DNA of 64,000 bases from Geosiphon pyriformis uo1 (Eukaryota; Fungi; Glomeromycota). The stretch covers positions 299,179 through 363,178 of the forward strand of contig JAAOMT010000494.1 in assembly GCA_016748015.1 (NCBI GenBank). The letters run 5' to 3'. Below are positions 1-13,472 of the stretch, piece after piece; position 1 is the first letter of the stretch; each line of letters opens with the position of its first letter. Below the pieces are notes generated by a model. It was given only the letters and a program-made list of their open reading frames with translations. It did not search any database and had not been told where the DNA came from. The translations under genes were made by a program, and so were the position numbers.

Positions 1-1526
1 AGATACAGTTAATCTGGAGGCACAATCAACTTTTGATTAACGAAAATCATCATGTACTTGTTTTTTATGTATATTATAACATTTGTATTAAGATAACTTG
101 AATAAAAAAAAATTAGCTGAATTTGTTTTTAAAGTTGTTCGCCTTAACTTTTTCGCCAGAACTGTATTATACGCTATAAATAATTTATTAAAATTACAAA
201 TAAATCTAAATAATTATTAACACATAAAATAAATTAATAATTTGATAATAAAATTATTATTGAATAATTCTCTTGATATTATTATATATTAATATCATTT
301 TTTTAAATTATTTATAACCATTAATTTTGAAACTTTGAATTAAATATTATAAAAAATTATTCAAAGGATTTGGCATGTTTAACTTTTTCATAATAGTGAT
401 TTTATAAATTTCAACAAATTTTTGTAGTTTTTAAATACTAAATTTTCTCTAAATTTAAACTTTTAATACTATAGTTTGTGCACTATTTATTTTATGTATA
501 TTATAATGTTCATTATATTTTATTTCTTTTATTAATTATCGTATTCTGAAATCAAAATATTTTTTGAAACTTTTTTCTCCATTATAACCCATTTTTCCTG
601 TTCGAAAACTTGATTATTTTTGCTTTATGTATATTCAAAATAAAGAATTTGAATAATTATTTAAATAGAAATTATAATTGATATTAATTTTATATTTACC
701 AAATCTTACAAAGTTATAAAGTTTTTGTTAATATCCTGAATTTCTTTAAAAGTGTACAAATAAATAGATTTTCAGATTAGACATATTTTGAAATATTTTA
801 ATTAACAAAAAAAGATAAATATGAGCGATTCTATTTGTATTCGACAGGCTAAATCTAACCTAATAGATCTGTGATCGAAGCTATGATTTTCTATTTGGAC
901 TGATATGTCAACCAGTAGTGATTTTCCTCTTTCCCAATTTAATTTTGTGTAATCCAAATAAAAACCTAAAGTGAACGTTTTTATTGACTACTTTTCATAC
1001 CTGTAACGGTTTTTCGTTTACGGTTTGCCATATGAAAAAAAAAGACACGAGGAACGCGGTCTTTCTAGCCACAAACCTTAAAAGTAACAAAGATAAAATG
1101 ATGAAGATTATCTTGACGGGTAAACACTTGATATGATTGGTGTGCATGGCAATCGCGAGATAAAGAAAAACCAATATTACAGGTGTAAAATTATCATTTT
1201 TGGAAATTGAGCGCGTGTTTAAATCAGTCGAAGGGAAGATTTGGTAAACACAAAAACTTTGGAAAAAATGAATATTATTAACTAATTTCAGTTGATTCAC
1301 TTTCTGTCACCAATCACATGAAAAATTTGGTTAACTATTAAAGTGGTCGGTCAAAAGCTTCTCATGGTAAAACTTGCGTTTTTTCAAAAAAAAAACTCCA
1401 CGAGAGTTCATTATTTAAAGATTAACGTCAAACCTTCCCATTCACCAACAATCAAAGTTTAATAAAACAACAAAACGCGTTTTACGTAAAATCACGCTAA
1501 AAGACACGTAAAAATTAGAATTTATA

Positions 1527-4139
1527 ATGGAAACAAATAACTGTCAGAAGCCTTGCGAATTTCACCATACTTCACCAACATTTAATATGGTCATGCTACC
1601 GCAATGCTTTGATCCACAATTCGAACAATTCTTTTCCATCTTACCACAAGATATTGGAATTGGAACGATTTTTGACCCAATCGCTCAAGCAGGTTCACAA
1701 CCGATTAGCTTGGAAGAATTGATGGATCCATCACTGAAATTTCATAATCTTTTCTCAATTATGTCACCAGTAGAAACCAGAAATGAGTTGGAACGAAATT
1801 ATCTAGCTGAATTTCATGAAGCCAACTTCTTGAATGATATTAAAACTTTGACAACTATAAATAATCATCAATCGCCCGATTTCCCTGAGGTCAACTTCCT
1901 ACATGATATTGGAAACGTAACACGTCCAAATAATTATCAATCACCTGACCTTCATGACGTCTGCTTTCCTCAAAACTTCAGGAACGTAACAGACTTGAAT
2001 TTTTGTCAACCACCTGCACTCAATAAGCCCACCTTAGGGCAAGATTTCAGTACCGAAAAAAATAAAAAAATAAAAAATTTCTTCGAGGTTAGCTTGCCTC
2101 AAAAAGACGGCGTAAATTATCACAATGATCCAGAGTTTCCTGACGTTACCCTACAAGATTTAATGGAGCCATCCTTTGAAGTCGAATATCTTCTTTCTAA
2201 CTTATCACGAGAACAACTCGTTGCCATTGAAAAAAATCTGAATAAGGCTAAAAATAAAAAGCTCAATTTAATGAAAGTCCCTAAAGATGGTCGTGTAGAA
2301 AAAAAGGTGCGCAAGCCGAAGCCTACACCTCTTATATGTCTACCGACACCTCCCAGAACTATTCTATATCAAAATACAGGGTTAGCCACGCCACAAGAAA
2401 GCACAGATTCTTTCCTCGCCAATTTTAGCCCTAAATCAGACACGAATTTCTATACGAAATCGGAAACACAATTCTTTGGACTTGAAACGCCCCTCACCAC
2501 GCCAACCAGTATCATGAATAATTTCTGGATGGATCCTATTAATCCAAAGTTGGAAGGATCTGCAGCACAATATACATCGCCACAAGAATCCAAACCTCAC
2601 AAATATAACTTTATTAGTTCAGAATACAACAATATACCCCTTCCTAAACCAGGTTTAAATTCCTCTGATAAATTAAAGGCTGAAGCAGCTTCTGCCCACA
2701 ATAAAAATACCACCATTCCAAACCAAGAATCCTCCGATATCTTGGATGGCCTTAAATTTAATACAGACCAACAGCAACGATTTCCAATTCAATCATCCCA
2801 CCAGAAACTCGGTTATGAAAATTTTAACTTTGCGTCCTCTGAACCCAAAGAAATTACCATTCCAAAGCTGGAGTTGGACCCTTTTTCTAAATCTAAGATT
2901 CAGGAAATTTTTGGATCTATGGAAAATATGCCGGTAACCAATGAATTGGCCATGGAATATCCTGGAGTAGAATCGATGATCTTCAGCTATTCACATCATC
3001 ACGTGTTGAAGACATACCGCATTCGAACTGATATACAAAATGTGGATATCAATTTAATTGATGAACAATTCAAAAGAGACAATTGTGTAAGATATATTTT
3101 TTTCAGATTGGATACAAGTTTTACAAATTGATTCATATTTATTAATTATTAATTTCTTGCATAAAATCTATTATAACTTTAGATCTACCCACGCGCCTTT
3201 TGTCTTCCAGAGGCTTATAATGGTAATCGTTGGATATATGAAACCGAATGTAATTCCCTTGGATGGATATTAGCTTTTCTAAACCCAGAAGAACTCGGTG
3301 GCAAACGAGGTCTCATACAAAGAGCTGTTGACTCATTTCGTAATCGACAACCAGGTTCAAAGTCACGAAGAGTAGCTCGCCAAGAAAAGGTGATGAAGGG
3401 CACATTGCGCAAGCGCAAGGCCTCATATCCTGGAGATGAAGACGCTCGTCCATTAAAGCGTAAATTAGCAATTTCGCACAAGCCGAGAACCATCCTTCTC
3501 GAAGATATTGTTTCAGGAACGAAGATCAGGATCAAAATCAACGTTGAAGAGGTCGATTTAAATCAAGTTGACTCCACTTTCAAAAGAAATAATTGCGTAT
3601 ATCCTAGAGCAGCCTTTTGTACTCGTGAACAATACACTGGACGTCGTTACGAGGAAGAAGTAGGGTGTAATGAGTTAGCTTGGAAATTGGCAAGTCCTTA
3701 TAAACTGTAAAAATTTTTCTCTTTCATAAATCGGAAATATTCTAATAACAGTTTTAATATCTCCTTTTCACCTTAGGCCTGGCTAAACCCCCGTAGTTTG
3801 GCTAATAAGAAACGGCTTCTTCAACTAGCGATAGATCTTTACAGAACGAGGTTTACCAGCAATTTTAAACCTCGTTCTGCTCGACTACCAGAAGATTTCG
3901 ATATCCAAGCCACCACCTTCATTACAAACCCTTGTAATAACATTGAGATGGAGACCCATGCGGCTCCAGCAGAAATGTTGACGACAAATGAGACTTTATT
4001 AGATAACCTGCCGCAAAGAAAAATATATTTTGAAAATTTGCCGCCCGAAGGTTATGATAACTTTTTACTTGGTTGTAACCAGCCAAATGAAATGCCCCTT
4101 TGGCATTATACTGATCTCGCTGACGAGCAGCAATATTGA
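1527..4139 (+). CDS. Protein with two C-terminal DUF8032 (S. pombe Adn1-like) domains; exons 1527-3086, 3183-3689, 3777-4139
   Basis: The splice model keeps frame (GTAAG...TTTAG; GCAAGT...CCTTAG). Domain 1 reads YRIRTDIQNVDINLIDEQFKRDNCIYPRAFC...GNRWIYETECNSLGWILAFLNPEELGGKRGLIQRAVDSFRN. Domain 2 reads IKINVEEVDLNQVDSTFKRNNCVYPRA...GRRYEEEVGCNELAWKLAWLNPRSLANKKRLLQLAIDLYR. Both match the remembered fungal CVYPRA...GKRGLIQRAVDSWRN motif. Confidence 0.8.
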
Positions 4140-6008
4140 GTTTAATGCTTCGATTTCCGGTATTCAGGGTTAAAAGGTCAAATCTCGAGCTAAAATTATT
4201 TGTATATATAGGTATTTTAAATTTTCGATCTGCCTTCAATATCGACTGTCTCGTAACCAAAATAATATTTGTCCAAATGATGCCAAAGTCTATTGCTATT
4301 ATAGTGTTCTTGTTTCACGCAACGTTTTTGAAAAAGCAAAAGGCTTTTATTATATACTCAAAAGTGTCAATTATAAGTTATCAGTTATTGTATTTGTAGA
4401 TCAAGTTATCTCGTTAAGATATATTTTAAATATTCAATAAATCATGTATAGAGTTGTCTGAAATTGTCAAAAAAAATCAAGACCCAAAAACAAATTTGGA
4501 AAGTTTTGACGTTTTTATCCAAAGTTATAATAAGTTTAAAATATTATAGTTTTCCAGAAACCTTGTTAAGTGAATTTTCTAGTTCGATTTCTTTAATCCA
4601 CAAATTGAAATTAATTCTTGATCGCTAAACTTGACAAAAAAATTCTTCAGCAGTCAAAGTTGAATGCAAGGATTTAATTTTTAACCAAAGATTCCAAGAA
4701 AAATATTTATTAATAATTGAATATGGCTACTTTCTTTAACTGAGATATATTCTTCACTGTTTCAAATTTTATAATGCGAAAATCAATTTATCACACTAAA
4801 CAGATCCAAACATAAAACCATTTCCCGAAAATTTCGTTTAAAATGGTCTTAAACACTTTCCAAAAAAGTAAATGTTCTTAAAGATTAAGTTTCTCATCAA
4901 AAAAATTGAAAATATTTTTAAAAACCAAGATCTCTAAAATAAATCCTAAAACAATACTATGACAAAAATAGTCAATAATTAAATTATTTGGTGGGCCATT
5001 TCATCAAAGTCTTTGTGATATGCTTTTAACTACATTCAATCCATACTTCCTATAGTTTTGAAGGTTTTTTCGGCAAGTGCTACTATTTTGGCCAAATATC
5101 ATAGGGCCAGAAAGAAATCGTAAAAAAAGAATGTCAATATATGTTCAATATTGAAAAAATTAAAAATAATTTAACATCGAGACATTGTTCATACTATAAC
5201 CAATATTTTTTATATTCATGTCCTATCAAAAGATGACATTAATTGTTATAAGGTTTAAAAATCACAATTTGTAAATATGAATAATCAATTATTTGAAAAA
5301 AAATTGCTTTGAAAACTTTTCATCTCTCCCATATAAAATTAATCAAAAATGTCTCTTTAAAAAATATCTTTAAAAACTTTCAGATCTCTTAATTTATGTT
5401 GCATAAAAAAATTTTAATCTAAAATTTTTTCAAGAAGCTATATTTTTTAATTAATAATTTTTTAAGACTTTGCAAAGTTTTGAAAAATTGGGTTTCTTGT
5501 AATTCTGCTTGTTACAAATTCAATACAGTATATAATTTTACCAAATAAAAATTTCAAATTCAAAATAAGAAATGAAAATGATAAAAACACCTTCAGATAA
5601 TTTCATCTCGAAAAAGAATATTTTGTAAAAAAAAAATTCATTTGAATTGGTTAAAAAAATACAGAAACATAACTTGCTGTTTGATCCTTTAAAAATTAAA
5701 TTAATAGAGCATCTTGGTTATTTACTTAAAAAATTCTCAAAACAAACTATACTTCAACTAAAAAATTAAGAAGATAATTTTCGAACTACATAAAAACAAC
5801 CACATTGTTGAATGATACATTTTTCTCATCAAAATTTTTACTCTTGACATTTCAATAAAAAGTTTCCATTATTTGTATTTCAGTTGAATTTCAACTTAAA
5901 TAATAATCTTTTTGTGAAAATTTGTCAAGTAAAAAACTTGACATATACATCTTCATAATATTTAATATTTTTTTTAGCAAACAATGACCTCCAAAGAAAA
6001 ACAAATTC

Positions 6009-6260
6009 AATATTCTAAATTTTCATTAAAAAACAAAATTGTATTTAGAATGATATTTTTTAACATTAATATTTTAAATTTCATTTAAAAACAAAATTGT
6101 ATTTAGAATGATATTTATTAACATTAATATTTTAAATGAAAATTTAAAACAAGATTGTATTTAAAATGATATTTTTTAACACTAATATTTTAAATTTTCA
6201 TTTAAAAACAAAATTGTATTTAGAATAATATTTTTTAACATTAATATTTTAAATTTTTCA
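6009..6260. repeat. Tandem repeat, ~59-bp unit, ~4 copies
   Basis: Recurring aaaaacaaaattgtatttagaatgatattttttaacattaatattttaaattttcatt with minor variants. Confidence 0.85.
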
Positions 6261-8383
6261 TATTCAAAAGTGGAAGATCATTTTCATTTACAAAAATAAT
6301 GTTTAAAAATATTTCGTTTATGTTGGTTAAATGGAATTACTTTGGTTTTGTAAGATATTTACATTTTCAGTAGTATGGTTTATCAATTCAATTTCATGTT
6401 TCTCTATAATAACATCAAGACAATCTATGGCTGTATTGGATTTATAATTGTGTGATTACTTATGGCTAATATTTAGCAGTTTCAATAATTCATTTAATTC
6501 AGCGGTCGTTTTGTTTAAGTTGGTGGTTTCAATAATTCGATAATTTATATTTATTCCATATTTTATGGTTTTAATCTTGAATTATTATATTCACAATTTA
6601 AGTTAAAAAAATTTCAAAATCCACAAATTTAACATAAATAAAAATGGATAATATTTTCAAAATCTAAATTTTTCTCTTTAAACTATTTTCAAAAAACATC
6701 TAATTGAACATTGTTATTCTATTCCACCCTTAAACCAATCAAATATTAAAACCATTAATTTATATTCTAATATGGCATTAAAAAACACCGAAAATGATTA
6801 TAGATTATTATATTTCACTTGTTTATTGTATTATTAATATAATTAAGAAATCAAAATAATAATTTTTTATTGTTTTTCATTATTAAAAATTATAATATCG
6901 TTAAATAATCTACTTAATATTTTTTATACTTTATTAAAAATCATCTTGTCAACAAAGAAATTCTTCGAAATTGTATATTTCTTAATAATAAAATTGTTAC
7001 AAATTTCAAATATACATTTTTAATCAATATTTTTAAATTAAATTGTTTTTATAATAACAAGATCATTAAAATTTTTTTAATATCTATAAACTTCAAATTC
7101 AATCTATTAGTAATCTTTCAAAATTCTAAAATTTCCAAAAAAATTTATTTCTAATGATAGAAAATTTGAAAGTGTTATATAGTTTTAATTAATTTTATAA
7201 TAGATTTTGATAAAAAATCTTTGGACTATCAAGAACATTAAAAAAATCTATAATTTAAATTATTACAATAATAAAATCTTTTTTTAAAAAAATATAAATA
7301 AAATAGTTTTTTTTCATATTTGAAATTTAACCTTAAAATTTTATTATTTAAAACTTATTTACATATTATTAAATTGAGAATAATTTTTCACAAGATAAAA
7401 CTATTAACATAATTCTACATTCTGACCAAAAAGAAATATAATTGTAAATTACATTACTTGATTATATTTTTTTATTGAATATAAAATTTTTAAAACAATA
7501 ATTTTATTTATGTTACTGATAAGTACTGTATATGATATATCAATAAAAAAAACATAAAAAACAATTTATTGAAAACCAATTATTTGGTTTATTTTAAAAA
7601 TAAAAATAAAAATACATTTTTTTCAAACTTTATACAATACAAGAATATTATAATCAAATTTAATTTATTTACAAAGCAAATATTTCATTGTAAATACTTT
7701 ATAAAAATTAGTTAATACTTACAAAATTACACATAATTACAAGTATTTTATAATTTTTATAACAAAATTTTTATTTTGATCAATATTACTTATTATTCAT
7801 TAATTTTTTTTATTCAAATTTTTTATTTTTGACGGTTTTATAACATTATAAACAAAAAAAATTTTTTCAATTATTAAAAAAACCAAAAATTGTCTTAAAT
7901 TTTCATAATTAATATATATGGTATTTATTTCAAAAAATTATTAATCAATTTAATATATAAACTTTATAACATTATTAAACAATAAATAATCTTTCATTAG
8001 CAACAAAATTAATTATAAAAATCATTAATAATAGCATATTAATTAAATTTTTTATCAAGTTGTTTATTTTTGAAATTAGTAATTTTTTATTGTTTTATTA
8101 CAATTTTTTTCCTAAAACAAAAAAAAATATAGTTTTTGGAATTAAATCACAGAATACTTTTGTGAATAGAAAGTTCACAAATGGATTTCTCGATTATGAA
8201 AGAATTAAAAAAATTTAAGTACATCTTTTATCAAAATAATAAAATAACGTTAAAAATTTTATTTTAATAATTAAAATTATACCAACATAGAAGAAGTTTG
8301 AATAATTTTCGCCCACCATAATTCATAGGATATTTGCCGTAGAATTCCCTTACTATCCCCTCCCCACTACTAGTGATATATTG

Positions 8384-8568
8384 AGTGACGTCAACCTAAA
8401 GGTAGTAGGGATGCCATAAGCTAAGTTTGGCAAGCCAGGGACTTTGTTCTATTGTTAAAAATTTGTCTAATATCGTAAAATTTCAGTGAACTCTATTACA
8501 GATATTATACTATAAAGAACAGATAAAAAGATATTACACTTGATCTTAGCCAAAAGGTTTGAGAGGAT
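8384..8568 (-). pseudogene. U2: U2 spliceosomal snRNA copy, probably a pseudogene or divergent variant
   Basis: The minus strand reads ATCCTCTCAAACCTTTTGGCTAAGATCAAGTGTAATATCTTTTTATCTGTTCTTTATAGTATAATATCTG..., against canonical U2 ...CTCGGCCTTTTGGCTAAGATCAAGTGTAGTATCTGTTCTT...AGTTTAATATCTG. An Sm-like AATTTTTAA follows, then CCTGGCTTGC (stem III-like) and a stem IV-like 3' end. Total length ~185 nt. Confidence 0.85.
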
Positions 8569-9815
8569 TAAATCAAATAAATAGTTTTAAAAAATTATAA
8601 AAAATAATATTGTTTTTGAAGATAATTTAATTCAAAATTAACTTTGAATCATTGTTATTTAAAATATATATTACTAAATTACTGTTATTTTGTCTTTTTA
8701 ATTATATTTTTGTTATAAATCTTAATATAAAATTCCAGTATTTATTGATAAGTTTAAATAATCATAAATTTATGTCAAAATTATGTTACAATATAAAAAA
8801 TGTAAAAATAATTTTTTAAACAATAAAAATAAAATATTTTAATTATAATAAGTTTTCATACTAATAATATATAAAAGCATTTTGGATTTTTACAATAAAT
8901 AAGTAACAATTCATTTTCTGAAATATTTTTCTTGAGCATAATTTTTTAGAAAGCACGAATGAAATTGGGGTTTAAACGAAAGGAAAAAATTGCAAACTTA
9001 ATTTTCAAATAAAGAATTAATATTGTCTTTTTTTAATTTTAAAAAAAGTAGAATTTCATTATCATTATTTTAGTAAACCAATTTTCAATGAAAAACCCCT
9101 ATTACAGCCATGTACACAAAAGTCTATTATTACTGTTTAATTAATAATCAATTAAATTAAAAAATTAACAGTTCAGAAAATTTTTAATATAATAGCAAAT
9201 GGCGTTAAAAAGTGCCAACTATAAAAGTTGACTTTTTTTTATTTGAAACTAATATTATTTTTATTTCTGTCAAAGTTTTAATAATGGATATTATTAAATA
9301 TTAAGCTTTAAATGAAAATAATTATTTAAGTAAAATTCATAATAATTTTATTTGAATTTGAATTATCAATAAACTAACCAATAATTAAACAAAACTTACC
9401 AAACTTTTTGGGTTAAAATTCAAATTAAATAAATATATTATTATCTTAATGTTACTAATAGTTTTTTATCTTTACTGTGTTTATTAATAGTGATAAAAAA
9501 TGTTTTTGTCAAAAGTGTTTTTTATTTTTCTATATCTTGACAATTATTTTTTATCAAATCAATAATAAAATTATTTTTACAATAGTCATATTTAATATTA
9601 AATGAAATTTGATGGTTATAATTTTTGCTAGCTTAAAAAGTTTTTTTTTAGTTAGTTTCATTATAAGAATCTTCAACACTTTTTTCAGGTAACCTCTTTT
9701 TCAGACCTTAAACGAAATAATAATTAACTTTGCAAATCGATCACAATTCCTCGAAAATCGCATGGACTCGTATAGTTAAAAAGGCCAAAAGCTACTGATT
9801 TTATTAATATAAAAT

Positions 9816-10650
9816 TTAATATGCAATTATTTTGCTTTTACTCTGAATAATTAACTGACAATGCCGCAACATTGAATCTATTAAATTGATTAGAATAATT
9901 TTTGACATATTTCCATTTTTCAATCATATATTGTTCCAAAATCATTCATATTTTTTAGCATTCATTTTCTACTTTATTGCTCATAGATGTTCAATGGATT
10001 TAAATCTGGAATACACAATGGCCAGTCAATAACCTCACGTAAATTTTCTGCAAAAAACGCTTTAGCTACGCTTGGGATTTTTATCTTGTTGAAAGTGCCA
10101 TTCCTTTTCAAGTATTCCATTAACTTCTAGAACATGTTATCGCAAAATTTTAATATAAAACTTTGCATCCATGATATCCTGGAAACAAAATAAACTGGTT
10201 ATTTTTCATACAAAACCACTCCTTGCAAATATTTTTGTACAATATTTTGGTCTTGGAAAAATTGGGTGTTTTTCCTTTTACCAATTTTGAATTGTATTTG
10301 AATGGTGTTCATGAGAAAATATGTTTTTTTTAGTATTATTAAAATAAAATTTTGCCCATTCAACGCGTTTCTGTTTTTCAATTTGTGTGATCATTGACAT
10401 AGTAATTGTAAGTTTTTCATATATCCAAGTGAGTCCAAATGTCTGCCAATTGTGGAATATCTAATGTCTACTTCCTTTGTATCTAGTTTAGTAACAATTT
10501 TTTGCAGAGACATGAATATATTGACCTACTTTTCTCAATATATATGTTGGTAATTTTCTTATCACAATTATTACTGCCTTTGTGCTCAATTTTTCCTATT
10601 TAATGAAAAATTAGTCTATATATTAGTCAAAAAAATAAAAATAATTAAGG
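9816..10650 (-). mobile_element. Degenerate Tc1/mariner (IS630-Tc1-mariner) transposase fossil
   Basis: Minus-strand translation across stops and frameshifts gives YSTIGRHLDSLGY, KQKRVEWAK, TSLFCFQDIMDAKFYIKILR*, WHFQQDKNPK, VIDWPLCIPDLNPL (cf. WP..SPDLNPIE) and SMLRHCQLIIQSKSKIIAY*. Terminal inverted repeats were not identified. Confidence 0.8.
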
Positions 10651-12302
10651 TTGCGACTCTTAAAAAAAAGCAGATCTAAAACTATTGAATATTTGGGACC
10701 AATCAAAACTAAAAAACTTTTTAATGAAATCAAAATTGACTTCTATAGACCATTTCTAATCACAATAAAACCTGGTATACTTTTTTTCCTGTAAATTAAT
10801 TAATTATCCCAAAGCCAAGACCGTTAAAAGAGTTGATACTCAATCAATTACTAATTTTGTTTACAAAAATTTGATTTATAACCATAAATGTTACAAATTT
10901 TTTTTAACATGTCGCCCTGCCAATTATATTTGTTGTTGCCATTTACTTATAACAAACAAAAATTTTAAAAAAAGCCTATAAATTAATGAAAACTTTGAAA
11001 AATAAAATAAAAATTAACATTTATTATGTAAAACACTTTGAAACCATAAAAATATATTAAAGGTGACAATCCACTTTTCAAAAATTTAATTGTTTACAAA
11101 ATTGGAAACAAAAATCTTATTATATTACACATAGAAAGAAATAAAAAAATTCTTTCAAGATAGAAATATTCTATATTCATCAAGTATTACAAAATTAATT
11201 TTAAAAATGATAATTTTTTAAAATTGTATTATAAACTATAATTATTATAATTAAAATCATTTTTTGTATCTTTTGACTTATCACTTTGAAATTTAAAACC
11301 AATTATAATAAATAAATATTATTTTTATTTTAAATTTTTATTACAAAAACTCAAAAAGAAATATATAAAAAATGGTTTGTTTTTTATTTCTCGTCTTTTT
11401 ACATTATAAAAATTTTTGAAATTTTTTTTTAACACTTTAAATATTACTCAAAATACTTTAATAATTAAATTCTAATTTTTAACAATTTCGCAATTCACTA
11501 TATATTAAAAATCTTTTAAACAACATTGTTTTTAATTCTATAATTTAAAAACTTTAAAAATAGTGTTTGAACTATTTTTAATTATTAAAAAATCAACGAT
11601 AATAAAAATATCTTAACAAATGGAAATTATTTTCAACTTCTATTAGTATGATAAATAATAGAAATTTTGAATCAAAAAACTCAAGATTGAAAACAAATAT
11701 TTGTTAATTAGAAGAAAAATATCTATATTAATTTGAAATATTATTGGAAAAAACAATCAGATACACCATTTTAAAGTAACTTGTAAACTTTATACTCCAT
11801 TTTAGAACTTTATATTATTTTATTGAATTAAACCATAAATTTAATTCATTAAAATTAAAAATTTTTGATTTTTAAGACTCTTATCAACAAATTACAAAAG
11901 GTGTTATTCAATATTATTTGAAAATGATTTTCAGTTTCAATTTTGTATAAATAATCACAAGTTTCATTATTGCACATATGAAAATTTTAAATAAATACAT
12001 AAATAAATAATGGAGTAATATATATAAAAACTGTTTTAATAGTATTAATATTAGTTTTTATCTTTTCTTAAAAAATAGTTGGTTTTATATTAATAATTTC
12101 ATGTATTTATTTTAATATTATTTTAATTCTGCTCAAACCACGTATAAATCGTATTTTGAAATCGAGAAAACAAATAAAATAATAGAAAAAAATCTTTATT
12201 TATATTTATTTAAGTAAAATTTAACCATTTTACTAAAATTTTTACAAAACCAATAGTATTAAAATCTCAATAATACTATTTAAAATTTGTTAAAAATAGT
12301 AC

Positions 12303-13472
12303 TATTCAAAACTGTGTAAAAAATAGTTAATAAATAATTTAAGAGTTTTAACATTTGAAATAAATGTAATTTATAAGAACAATTTTTTTTGCCCAAGTCA
12401 TATTCAAAAAAAAACTAATATTACTTTTGAAATCTATTTTTTTTGTTATAAATTAGTAATTCCAAAGTTGACTAGCTACTAACTTTGTTGAATTTAATTT
12501 AGTTGTCTAATTTTTGAAACCCAAAATGAATTCACTCATAATTATTTCACAAAATAACTTATAATCTTGGACAAATGCATATAATACTCTCAAAATTACA
12601 CTTGAATTACATTAGAATTGGTTGATTTAGAAACAGCCTAATAATTGGACTTTTATGAACCATGATTGAAATTGTTTATGTTCAATTTGACAAAAAAATA
12701 AAACTAAGAAATTGTTTTTTATTTCCAAATTTTAAAGTACTCATGGGTACTTTAGAATTTTCAAAGCCAGGTTTTTGTGAAATACCCCAGGTAGAATCCC
12801 ATAATTATAATTAATTATTAAATCAAAATGGCGAATTACGGTATTGTGACGTGTAAGAATAAGACACGTGAAATAACGCCATTTCTCACTTGAACAAATG
12901 GGATATTTTATACCCTTTTATCACAAAATATTAACTTCGCCACAATACTGTATTTCGCCATTTTACCTCATTTTCAAAAACAATAACTAAATAAATAAAA
13001 ATTTTTCAGCATTTAATTTAAATAAAAATTTCATAATCCAAAGAAGTTTCCTTGCATCCAATGGATAGATATTAAAAAAAATATTTTTTACGTTTATGTT
13101 AGAATTATTAAGTAGGAAAAAGATGAATTCTTCCTGCGGCCATCATCAAATAGAGTTTATTTCTCACCGCTTCCAGAAAATGGGTCTCATTTTAAATTGA
13201 AAATCACAATGAGAAACAAATACTGTACATTCGTTTATACATGTGGTTTCAGTACAAAGTACATTCCTTCCCAGACGATCTCTATCCGTTTAATAATCTC
13301 AATGACAGAATCTAACATTGTGGCGTCTAAGAATTATTCAAAGCGAATATGATTTAAAAAAAATCATACGTTAAAAATCCTTATTTATTAGCCAGGTAAA
13401 CTCTTTCAAGTCCTTCTTTCACCACACAAAATTTTTATAGTTTAATAATCCCTTTGTGTTTATTTAAAAATC
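12303..13472 (+). repeat. Upstream/promoter region duplicated at 62242-63159
   Basis: Collinear shared blocks (e.g. aagagttttaacatttgaaataaa, tagaattttcaaagccaggtttttgt, ttccttgcatccaatggatagatatt) separated by many indels. Confidence 0.9.
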
